A stretch of DNA of 64,000 nucleotides from Rhina ancylostomus (lineage: Eukaryota), in NCBI GenBank assembly GCA_030265395.1, contig JARFYF010000051.1, positions 12,771,711-12,835,710 of the forward strand, in the 5' to 3' direction. The notes beneath the pieces are model-generated. The model had not been told where the DNA came from. It worked only from the letters and a program-made list of their open reading frames with translations, and did no database searches. This document shows positions 39,253 to 50,095 of the stretch, one piece after another. A program made the translations under genes and the position numbers. How positions within the stretch are numbered: position 1 is the first letter of the stretch; the number at the start of each line of letters is the position of its first letter.

Positions 39253-41284
39253 TACATGCTCACCTGAAAGCTCTGGGTTTGTTAAATGACTGACACTCTA
39301 CTTGTATCTGAGTATATTTTTGACTGAGCTTATAGTAGTTGTTTCCATCAGCATTCAGTCTGGGGGAAAATGAAAGCTGAAATTGGCTTAGGAAGCTATT
39401 TCAACCAGTTTCAACAGCTTTTTGAAAACATTCTTCCCTGCACTTATTGCTACCTTAGGACCTGCCTTCCCACCGTCAGAAAAGTAGTTGCTCTTATGAT
39501 TCTATAGACCAGCTGTCTTTTCCTGCCTATCAGTTTTGTACACTTACACAAATGTTTCCAGCCTATTTCTCCAGCTATATCACTGACCAAAGAAAATCCA
39601 CACCTTAATGTTTTGCTATTTCAGGATATTTTCCCCCATTGTTTCAGGACTGTTCTTTTAACTTTTGAACTTGATGTGAAATAATTGAACTTCTGATGTA
39701 CCTTGTAATGACCAGTACATTGTTGAGTATGTTGCTACCACAGTTCCTGCATAAATAAAATCACACAGAGTGGACACAGAATCAAATGACTTTTGCCATC
39801 CTTTTGAATCCAAATTCAGCTTTTAATGGCAGGCATTGGTCAGTGAAAGAGATTTCCTTTACTGCATGGCAAGAGATAGAACTTCTTATTCTTTAAGTTT
39901 GTCCAAACAAAATAATGTCGTCCCAAATTATTCAGTTTTCCGTTGGATGTTTTAAGTGCTGACTATTGCCAAAAAATGACCTTGCTGCAAGGCCTTTTAT
40001 TTGTCATATTTGGGTCAGTGCAAAAGATGTTGCAAAGTTAACTATTATGTTATCAGATTTTTATGCTTTTGACAGCATGGGTGTTTGTCCTTGATGCTGC
40101 TTGATGGATATTAAAACTTCAGGTTAATAGTTTGCCTTTTGATGACAGTGAATGAAATGCTTAAAAGATACAGTAAGTATACATTAATTTGTAGTGGTGA
40201 GTAAGCATGAGATTAACTGTCACAACAGATTGCACACCAGATCATTCAAATCTGTTTTATTTTAACCAAATAGCCCTTGTGGATTGAAGGCCAGTATGAC
40301 TTTGACTTGGATTCCTCCTGGTAAAGTACTTTTACACAATTATTGCACTGTGTGAAATAGTCAGGTTAATGTTAATTACATACTCATTTGCCTCATCAGC
40401 TTCAAGGCATAGTTAACGAGAGGAGGGTTTGCAGTAGCTGGGATGGGCTGTTTGATTTCTTTCATGCTCCTGTCATTCATTGAACAAATTGATATAAGAA
40501 TTTTTTGCCATTAGGTGGATAATGAATTTAGAGGTTTTGCTTTACCCTGAACCTTTTTGAATTCTTGTTCATATTTAACACAATAATGTATTAGGTTTTG
40601 AGTTCAAGCACATGAAACAACATCCAGTTCTGTACCTGAAGGCATCCTGAAGGGAGTTTCTTCAGCTGAGGATTTAGGTTTGAAGTTTGAGACTGTGTTG
40701 CTGGTTTGTACATCATGAAACATTAAAGTTCATCATAGATTGAGTTAATGGAATTGTTTAGATTCATTCAATGTTGGATGTGACTTTTGGATGTGACTTT
40801 CATCCCAGCAAAGCAACTATTTAATCCCAAACGTCAAAGAGTGTCTGTTGGTCCTTGTGTTAACCATTATGCACAAAGATGTTAACTAACAGCAAAACTG
40901 CAGGCTTAGTTTGACCAACAAACATGTGAACCAGACAGTCTTTGTACGCTTATGATGAGAATTGAGTTTTCCACACGAGCATTCCCTGATTGAATCGCTA
41001 GGTAGCAAGCAGAGCTCCGCAAGAGGAATGACAGTCCGAGTAAGACCACGCTCATGTGTGTTCTTGCAGCATGATCTAATGTGATGAAAAGCACCATACC
41101 ATTGCTGTGATTCAATGAAGTGCAAATTCAAGAGAAGTCTCAAGTCAGGAAATTTTGCAGTAAGACTAACCTTGCATTAGATCTTGAAAGTTGTGTTCAA
41201 ATAATCTCTCCAAACCAAGCAAAATATTCTCACCCTACAATATTTTTCTATCATCCTCCTGATCTTAATCACCAAACTGTTACT

Positions 41285-41528
41285 GACTTTGCTATGAAGA
41301 ACCATGATCCAAATCTCTTGAATTCTGTCTGTAAACTTCTCAATTTCTCTCCTCCTTAAAATACTCCTTAAACCCTACCAATTTGACCAGTCATTTGGTC
41401 AACTGTCCTTGTATCTCTTTGTTGTTTTGTCTGATAGCTTTGTTTCCTAACATTTTTGTGATAATGTTTCTGTGAAGTTCCTTGGAAGGCTTTATAGTGT
41501 GAAAGGTGCCATAAAACACTTGGTGTTA
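41285..41528 (+). mobile_element. L2 3' terminus
   Basis: actccttaaaccctaccaatttgaccagtcatttggtc...tctgtgaagttccttggaaggcttta..gtgaaaggtgccataaa. Confidence 0.7.
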
Positions 41529-41754
41529 ATCTGGTCAGAAATATGCATCTAAATTGTGTGAATGGAATTAAGATAGGTATCGGCCATGATCTAATTGAAT
41601 GGAGGAAAAGGCTTAGGACTTTCTCCTGTTCTTATGTTCTCTGTCAACTACTATTGCTATAAGGCATGTCAGTTTTAAAGTAAAATTGGATACAAATTAA
41701 TTGTGATAGGAACTGATGAATAATTGCATCAGTTATTGCACCTGAGAGATTATC

Positions 41755-41870
41755 GAAAGCTGCAAATGCTGGAAATCTAAAACAAAAACAGAAAATGCTA
41801 GAGATACTCAGCAGGTCAGGCCGATTCTGTGGGAAGTCAACAGTTCAGGCAGAGTCCCTTCATTTGAGGG
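41755..41870. mobile_element. Penelope-like element terminus
   Basis: gctgcaaatgctggaaatctaaaacaaaaacagaaaatgctagagatactcagcaggtcaggc, the same arm as 46180 and 55095. Confidence 0.65.
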
Positions 41871-42116
41871 ATATCTGAGATTAATATGTAAAAGGCCTTC
41901 TATAGGGATATGATTAGTGAGAGGAGGACTGAAACCAACTCTGGACCAAGATGATAATCAATGCAAAGAAGCGGGAGCTAAGGCGAGAAGATAAGATAGT
42001 ATTCTGGATCTGTCTTTATTGAGGTAGACAATTTTACAGTGGAAAGCAGGTAATAGACGAAGCAGACAAGGTGAAAATGAAGAAGGGGGAGATATTAGAA
42101 AGGGCCCTCTGGTTAA

Positions 42117-42216
42117 AGTCAGAGACTTTTTCCCAGTACGATAATGGCTAACACGAGGGGACATAATTTTAAGGTGATTGGAGGAAGGTATAAGGGGGAT
42201 GTCAGGGGTAAGTTTT
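42117..42216 (+). mobile_element. Young CR1 fragment running into a gap
   Basis: Highly similar but not identical to 43556-43654 (MANTRGHNFKVIGGRYKGDVRGKF). Confidence 0.9.
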
Positions 42217-42789
42217 NNNNNNNNNNNNNNNNNNNNNNNNNNNNNNNNNNNNNNNNNNNNNNNNNNNNNNNNNNNNNNNNNNNNNNNNNNNNNNNNNNNN
42301 NNNNNNNNNNNNNNNNGGCTGAGTACTGGAAGCAGCAGAAAGAAATCACAGACAGGATTCATCAGTTCCTCTCTACCCATCTGAAACAAATCAGCCCGTG
42401 GTTGGGTATGTGTCCTTGACCTCCACGCCACTGCCCTTTGAGGCTAACAGTGAATTGCTGTGTCCATGTCTCTTACCTGGCCACCTGCCACAATGACACT
42501 CCCCAAATGTAACTCCTTGCTGGGACTCCCTGTGTTGTGCTGCACATTCAGTACTTGGTTACTTGCTGCATCTTCCTGTTCTCAACACGAAATACGCTGA
42601 TGGCACGATTGTCCACTGTGGCTCTGCAGTGGACACGTATCGGCGCTGACTGTACAGACTCCCACTGTGAGACCCTTCTCTGACCCACACATTGGCGAAC
42701 AGTGCACTGTCCTTCAATGCGTTCACGGTAGTGCCCACTGCACAGAGTCGCAATGTGACCTCTGCTCTGTCCTGCACACTCTGCACACG

Positions 42790-42910
42790 TTCAAGTTTAT
42801 TGTTGTCATAGGCATAAACGCACAAGGTACAACTGCCATGAAAATTAGCAGCACCAGCACAGTACATTACAAGACAAGGACAAACATAAGTTAACATGAA
42901 GTCAAATTAT
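42790..42910 (-). mobile_element. Rex1-type LINE 3' tail (different subfamily)
   Basis: gttcaagtttattgttgtcat...aaggtacaactgccatgaaaatt..gcagca..cacagtacatta. Confidence 0.5.
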
Positions 42911-42914
42911 TATA

Positions 42915-43880
42915 TGGATTAGTAAATTTGCTTGGGTTAGTCATTTGGCTTGGGTTAGGAATTTTGCTGATGGTACAAAGGTTGGTGGTTTCGGGGATAG
43001 TGTAGGAAGTTTGCCGTAGATTGCAACAGGATATTGATGGAATGCAAATCTGGCCTGAGAAGTGGCAGATGAAATTCAACCCAGAAAAGTGTGAAGTGAT
43101 ACATTTTGGGAGATTGAATTTTAAGGCAGAACACAAGGTTAATGGCAGGACTCTTGGCAGTGTGGAGGAACAGACGGACGTTGGGGTCCACATCCATAGA
43201 TCCCTCAAGATTGCCATGCAGTTTGATAGGGTTGTTAAGAAGACGTATGATTTGGTGGCCTTCATTAGTCGGGGTACTGAGTTCAAGTGCCGCAAGGTAA
43301 CATTGCAGTTCTATTGAACTCTGGTTAGACCAAACTTGGAGTATTGTGTTCAGTTCTGGTTGCCTCATTATAGGAAGGATGTGGAAGCTTTAGTGAGGGT
43401 ACAGAGGAGATTTACCAGGATGCTACCTGGATTGGAGAGCATGTCTTATGAGGACAGGTTGAGTGAGCTAGGACTTTACTCTTTGGAGAGAAGGGGGATG
43501 AGGGGTGACTTGATAGAGGTGTTCAAGATGATAAGAGGCATAGATTGAGTGGACAGTCAGAGACTTTTTCCCAGGGTGACAATGGCTAACATGAGGGGGC
43601 ACAATTTTAAGGTGACTGGAGGAAGGTATAAGGGGGATGTCAGGGGTAAGTTTTTTGCACACAGAGTGGTGGGTGTGTGGAACACACTGCCAGCAGAGGT
43701 TGTGGGGACAGATACAATAGAGAGATTTAAGAGACTCCTAGGTAGATACATGAATGATAGAGAAATGGGGGGGCTATGTGGGAGGGAAGGGTTAGATCTT
43801 AGAGCAGGATGAAATGTTGACAGAACATTGTGGGCCGAAGGGCCTGTACTGTTCTGTAGTGTTCTATGTTCTGTGTTCTA
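42915..43880 (+). mobile_element. Young 5'-truncated CR1 (HER1-like) LINE with intact 3' tail
   Basis: FADGTKVGG...LQQDID...WQMKFNPEKCEVIHFG...LEYCVQFWLPHYRKDVEALVRVQRRFTRMLPGL...RGDLIEVFKMIRGID...RGHNFKV, with few stops. Ends in gttctatgttctgtgttcta repeats. Confidence 0.96.
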
Positions 43881-44049
43881 AAGTTAAGTAACCTGGCCCA
43901 GATTAAATATCCCCTCGGTTACTAAGAGACTTGGGGGTAGAGATTGCAATCAACTGGACGTGACTGAGACACCATTGTTAAAAAATCAGTGCAAAGTGGT
44001 GGGAAGCTGTTGTAAACATTAAACAGGCAAAATTAATAAGCATCTGGAG

Positions 44050-44590
44050 AAATCCCACATTAAAGACTCCTTAGCAAAATTGAGGCCCAGAAAATAAAGG
44101 TTTCATGTATCATTATGGATAGAATGTGTGGCTGAAGGAAAGAAAGCAGGAAGTTGTCATAAATATTTGTTTTTGGGTTGGAAAATGACAGACAGTAGTG
44201 TTTCCCAGGAGTCAGTTCTAGGGTGACTTTTTTAAAAATATATTTTTAAGACTTGGATTTGGGTCTGCAAGGAAGTTTCTCTAAATTTGCAGTCAGCATC
44301 AAACTGGGAGGTATGGTAAACAGTGAGGAGGATAGTTATAAACTGCATAAGGATATCGATAGCTGGTTGACTAGGCAAACAAGTGGCAAATTTAATACAG
44401 AGAAATATGAAGTAACACGTGTGTGCGCAAAGAATAAAGAGAGGCAAGAAAGGCTACATGGCAATTTCTAAAGGGTATACAGGGACAGATGAGGGGAGAC
44501 CAAACAGGCTGTGTTTGTTCTCCTTGGAGAGCAAGAGACTGAGGGGCAGCTAAAAGAGGTAACAAAATTATGAGGAGCATAGACTGTTTT
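44050..44590 (+). mobile_element. Old CR1 RT fragment
   Basis: gtttcccaggagtcagttctaggg (VPQGSVLG) and DLGLQGSFSKFAVSIKLGGMVNSEEDSYKLHKDID. Confidence 0.8.
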
Positions 44591-44990
44591 CCCTGGAGTG
44601 AAGGAGGCTGAAGGGTCACCTTACAGAGGTTTATAAAATCATGAAGGACGTGGATAAGGTGAAAGGTCACAGTCTTTTTCCCAGGGCAGGGGAGCATAAA
44701 AATAGAGGGCTTAAACTTAAGGTGAGAAGGGAAAGATTTAAAGGGGACCTGAGAGGCAAATTTCTCCACACAGATGGTGGAGTAGATGGGACAAGCTGCC
44801 AAAGAAAGTGGTAGAGGTGGGCACAATTGCAATGGTTAAAAGACATTTGGATAGATTGATGGATAGGAAAGCTTTAGAGGGGCAAATACAGGCAATTGGG
44901 ATTATCTCAGGAAGGCACCTTGGTTGGCATGAATGAGTTGGACCAAAGGGCTTCTTTCCATACTGTATAACTCTATGACTATGATTCTGT
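44590..44990 (+). mobile_element. CR1 3' end
   Basis: RRLKGHLTEVYKIMKDVDKV..LFP...RGLKLKVRRERFKGDLRGKF; tail actctatgactatgattc. Confidence 0.9.
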
Positions 44991-45469
44991 GTTCCCAGAA
45001 AAGAACATGGATCTAATTCTGAATCACTCTGTCCCTCAATTAAATAATTGGGAGTTATGACTGGAAGTCATGCATTAACAATAATCTGTGGCTCTGTGAT
45101 GCATCAATGTGGTTTGAGACAAACTTTCACAAATTGCTGCCTATTGTTAAATTCTGAAGTAATTTGCTGGCTGCCTTACGTATTATTACAGTGATTTTGG
45201 CAAAGGAAGTGAACTAAATTTTAAGGTCAGCAACAGCATGACATCAGTAGCCACTGACGTCAAAGTAAACTGCCCACAAAGATCTAGTTTTCAGTTCAAC
45301 AAGATTCTTAATATGCAGCAACTATGATCTCATCAACATTTGGCGAGACAGCCAATCACATTAAAGGATTCTCTCAGAGGGCAAATCAGGAGGGAAAAGC
45401 ATTATTCTTAGCTGTAAAGAATGCTAAGGAAGGATTGGAATATACCATGTGGTAAAGCTAAATGCTAAA

Positions 45470-45685
45470 ATATTTTTTCATGCATCTTTGAGAGTCTCTA
45501 CCCAAGGGGGTTTGTGGAGGCTTATTCAATGAGTATGTTCAAGGCTGAGATCGATGATATTTGAATATTAAAAGGATCAAGAGGTTAGTGTGGAAAAGTG
45601 TTGCTGAAGTAAAAGATCAGCCATGATCTTATTCCATGGCAGAGTAAACATAAGGGGCTGGATGATCTATTCTTGTTTTTCTAAT
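45470..45685 (+). mobile_element. CR1 3' end (third subfamily)
   Basis: gagtatgttcaaggctgagatcgat...agatcagccatgatcttatt..atggcagag. Confidence 0.75.
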
Positions 45686-46179
45686 ACATTCACCGTTTAA
45701 AGAAAAATATTTATTTTAATTGGTCCTTGTATTGCATTACTATTTCTAACTAACAGCTTGCCAAGTTAAGAAAATTTAACTGTTTAAATTTGCCTGTTCA
45801 TATTTTCTGTTCCAATGTATCTGGAGGAGGGCTGACCTAAATTTACCATAAAAATGCGAAGTAACCTTTGCTGCTTGACCAGAGATCAACCCTTCAGGAA
45901 TAACTATTATGGCAAACTATTTGAAGAAATTATAGTAAAGAAGTCATTCAACACATCATGCATGTGCTTTTTTTCAGCAGCAGCTGTCGACTCCATTCTA
46001 TTTCTCTGCCTGTTTATTGTACATTATTATCTGCATCACTATAACTTCTCATGCCTAGGCATCATTCTCATAGATCTTTGCTGTACTTTCAATTACATTT
46101 CTTGACTAAAACCTTCTCAGTGATACACCCTGAATTTCCTGTAGCCTGATAGGTGTCTTGGACAAATTCAATGATCAAA

Positions 46180-46340
46180 AAACTGCAGATGCTTGAAATC
46201 TAAAATAAAACAAGCAGGTCAGGTAGCATCCATTGAAAGAGAAACAGAGTTAACGGTTCAGGTCAAAGACTCTTTCTGACAGAGTATCTTCAACCTGAAC
46301 ATCAATTCTGTTTCTTTTTTTCCCACAGGTGCCTCGTGAC
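46180..46340. repeat. Penelope-derived short inverted-repeat element
   Basis: agaaacagagttaacggttcaggtcaaagac pairs imperfectly with tcttcaacctgaacatcaattctgtttct. Confidence 0.7.
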
Positions 46341-46464
46341 CACCTGATCACTACCTTGATATTGTGTTTGCTGCCCCAATAGTTCAAATAGTTACTTCTT
46401 TACAAATCTGTATGTGCTTCTGTAAAATACATGCCAATTTGTTTTACAGAAGAAGCATTTTTAA

Positions 46465-46855
46465 GTGTCTCAGTTGACTGGATTCAATCGGACTTCCAGT
46501 GCACATTCTTCCTGTGATCAGGTGGTCCCAGTTGCTTGGTTTCCTCCCACATCCCAAAGATATACCATTACTAGACTAATTGGCTGTTCTAAATTAACCC
46601 TAATGTNNNNNNNNNNNNNNNNNNNNNNNNNNNNNNNNNNNNNNNNNNNNNNNNNNNNNNNNNNNNNNNNNNNNNNNNNNNNNNNNNNNNNNNNNNNNNN
46701 NNNNNNGGCTGTTCTAAATTAACCCTAATGTGTAAATGAGTGGCAGAATCTGGGAGAAGTTGATGGGAATGTGGTGAGAATACAATAGGATTAGTGTAAT
46801 GTTTGGTGCAGACTCAGTGGGCTGAAGGGCCACCTTCCATTCTGTACAACTCTTA
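46465..46855 (+). mobile_element. V-SINE (HE1-like) with CR1-derived tail
   Basis: B-box ggattcaatc, V-domain ggtttcctcccacatcccaaaga...taattggc...taaattaaccctaatgtgt, tail gactcagtgggctgaagggc..ttccattctgtacaactc. Confidence 0.8.
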
Positions 46856-48281
46856 AAAACTCTGCAAAATAGATTCTTTACAACATCACCCCACCAGCCT
46901 CCATGTATCTTTTTTCCCTCTGATGACCTTATCTCAGTGTGCCTAAAACTTAATGAGATCAACTACCTCAACACAGATGAGGAATCAAACCTGGGGCCTC
47001 TATTGCAACTGAGTTTTAGCCCTGGGCCTGCAGAAGAGCTCAATAATCAAGCTTGACACCTTATTTTCACACAAAAGCAGGAACATGAATCTGAATCATG
47101 AAGACATATTATTCATGTTGGATCTTGGTTAAACAGGATGTTTATTAATTGCACTGAGAGCTTTATGTTCATCCTATCACTGTTGTGGAAATATAGGCAG
47201 TAAAAGTTACAATCAATCAGGTGACATGGATAGCAAGCTAATTTAAAAGCATGTTACTTGACATTCATCAATTATTTTATAAGAGAATGACTAATGTTTG
47301 ACAGCTGTTTTTAGTATTTTTCACTTAAACTGCTCAGTGCAGGATGTTGCAACAATTGGAAAAGTAATGCTGCCTGTATTGCATCTTCCTTCTGCTGTCC
47401 CTAACAGCACTGTGGGAGTCCCTTCACCTGAAGGACAGTAGCAGTTCAAGAATTCTCACTATCCCTCCTGCCAACCTTGCTCATGAAAACTGGAAATTAG
47501 ACTTGGCAGCCACGCTGCAAAGCTCACTTTTTAGACAGCCATTCTGCTTTTTCTTTTGGATACTTGGACAATTTATTTATTCAGTAGAATGCTTCATTAT
47601 AGAAAAATCTATCTTTATATGATTATCGCATTAAAAATTCATCAGCAGGCAGCACCCACAACAAAGGGGTATCATATGTGAATGATCTTAGAAGGTTCAC
47701 CTACACAGCAAGAGGCAGATTCTCCCTTCACTACTTGCAGTTTATTCAATAAGCTGCCTTGCATTGAAGAATGTTGAAAAAGAGCAGATCTGCAACTCTG
47801 CTCAAGGGTAAGGCTTTTAATTCCATTAAGGAAATTTAGAACTGCAGTGCTCCATCTCTGTACTCTGGTTGGCATATTGCACCTTGGAGCTCTGTTGTGG
47901 TCTAGAGATAGGTACAAACTCTTAAGCATACAATAGATCTATAATTTTTTTCCCCTGAAATAGAATCTAATAAAAACATGTGGACATATGAGTGCCGTGG
48001 GATCTTCCAAGAAAATCTGGAGTTAACAGGTTTCTGACTGGTATTATTGATTCAACCTATCTTTGGCCTTTTTCTAAGCTTTCCAGAACTTGGCTTGTTA
48101 GATAAACAACAATTTCCCTGGAGGGGTAGGAAACCATCCTTTGTACTTCCAGATGATCAAACTGTTTGACATTTGATTTGTAATATTTTCTAGTATTAAT
48201 TTTTTATTTTGATGTTTTTTTAAAGTGAAGCTGAGAACTCAGTTGGCTATGCTACTGAAATATGGAAATCAGAAGGATAGC

Positions 48282-48585
48282 AGAATTAGGTTTATTATTG
48301 CTNNNNNNNNNNGTTGTTTTGTGGCAACGGTATGGCAGAAAGACATAAAATTACAATAAATTACAAAATAACTAGTGCAAAAAAAAGAAATAACAAAGCA
48401 TGGATTCATGGACCATCCAGAAATCTGATAGAAAAGGGGAAGAAGCTGTTCCTAAATCTTAAGGTTATTGTACCTCCTCCCCTATGGTAGTAATGAGAAG
48501 AGGGCATGTCTCGGGTAGTGAGGGTCCTTGGTGATGGATGCTGCCTTCTTAAGGCAACGCCCTTTGAATATATCCTTGATGGTCA
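48282..48585 (-). mobile_element. Rex1/Babar LINE 3' end, older
   Basis: agaattaggtttattatt tail; ggaagaagctgttcctaaatc...gtacctcctcccctatggtagtaatgagaagagggcatgtctcgggtagtgagggtccttg. Confidence 0.75.
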
Positions 48586-48609
48586 GTATCTGGTCTGTTT
48601 TGTTGTGAA

Positions 48610-48892
48610 GCATGGAAACAGACCCTTTGAGTCCAGGCTGACCATCAGGCACCCATTTACACTTAATCTACATGTCCATTTAATTCTCCCCATATTCCCA
48701 TCAACTCCCCTGAGATTCTGCTACTCATCCACTCAGAGCAATTTACAGTGCGAAATTTATGGTGTGAGGAAATTGGTGCACCCGAGATCATGGGGAGAAT
48801 GTGCAAACTCCACACAGACAACGTACATGTCAGGGTTGATGGTGGGTGGCTGCTGCTGTGAGGCAGCAGCTCTACTAATTATGTCACTGTTG
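48610..48892 (-). mobile_element. V-SINE (HE1-like)
   Basis: ggggagaatgtgcaaactccacacagaca...gctgtgaggcagcagctctac; reverse complement of the 46465 family. Confidence 0.82.
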
Positions 48893-49119
48893 GGTTAATT
48901 GATATTATTTGCATTTATAATTGTTATTATAACAGGCTAGTGACCACCTTTTCCCTTCTGCATGTGCAAAGTTCAGAACATTGTTGGGGTTTGTATTTAA
49001 AATTCAGTTGAACCCACATGCACATATTGGTAAAAAATTGCATGAACATGGTACTTTTAAAACAGGGAACATGTCTCAAGGTTCCTTTACATGAACACCA
49101 TGAAATAACATTTCACATC

Positions 49120-50095
49120 ATACCACTTAAGGAAATTGATAACTGAAAGCATTGGCAAAGAGTTAGATTTTAAACTCATGGGGAGAGAAGGTGAAGAGTT
49201 TAAGGGATCAAATTGTAAATCTTGAAAATAAGCACTTGGTGGCACAGCAACCACAGGTCGAGTGAAATTGGAATTACTCAGGAGCACAGAACTGTTGGAG
49301 AGCAGAGTTCTCTGGAGCTTTATAGTTAGAGAAAATTTTAGGGATAGGAAATGGGAAGGTTCTGGAAAAGAGACATTTAAATTTGGGGCATTGTTGAGTC
49401 AATATATGTAATTTAACACAGAATGATGAATGAATGAGATGGTGTGCCCTGTATGGAATATGGCTGCAGTTTCAGACAGTCCTGGGTTAATTGAACAGAG
49501 GAGAGAAGGATTGTTCAGAAATCACTGGAGTAACAACATTGCTCCATAACAGTAACTACTTCTATTTATATAGCACATTTAACACAGCAAAAATATCCCC
49601 TTGTTGCTTCACAAGGACCATTATCAGATAAAATCCATTGACTCTGAGCCACAAGGAGCTATCAGAACAAAGTCTTGGTCACAGAGACAGAACATTTTAA
49701 AGGAGAAAAGAGAGAGTAAGAATTTTTGTAGATATTATGGAAATTCAGGTCTTACAGCTGAAAACATAATCACTAGCATTAGAGTGGTTAAAATTTAGAG
49801 ACATCAAGAACCCAAACTGGAGAAAGGGGGGTATCTCTGAGGGTTAATGGGCTGGGAGAAATGGCAGAATTAGAGTGGGGCAAGGCAATGAAGCAATGTG
49901 AAAACAAGGTGAGAATTTTAAAACAATTTGTTGTAAGTCAGCAAGTACAGGAGCGACAGGCAAAAGAATTCAGTGCAATTTAACACAAGAGCAACTTAAG
50001 TTTTAAAAGATCCCAATTAGAATGGAGGAGTTCATTATAATAATCAAGACGAGGGGTGACAAAGGATCAGTTTATGGTTTTAATAATAGATGAGC
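49120..50095 (-). mobile_element. Two tandem L2 3' fragments
   Basis: L2 tail atttatatagcacatttaaca..aaaatatccc at ~49565 followed by antisense ORF2-like sequence; a more decayed paralog lies at 49120-49530. Confidence 0.65.

Noticed and set aside
40950-41115. C/D-box snoRNA-like motifs (ATGATGA...CTGA; GTGATGA)
   Set aside because: The first box pair is only ~38 nt apart, the second C box lacks a proper D box, and there is no terminal stem or recognisable rRNA guide.
42117-42216. Apparent assembly duplication of 43556-43654
   Set aside because: Several substitutions separate the two, so they are more likely independent copies of one young CR1 subfamily.
42915-42968. Short direct repeats here and at 24314-24361 considered as a CRISPR-like array
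   Set aside because: Vertebrate DNA, tandem units without spacers, and both lie inside retroelements.
42891-43812. Cluster of 65-137 aa ORFs on both strands suggesting a gene or operon
   Set aside because: Sense and antisense frames of one truncated CR1 LINE with in-frame stops.
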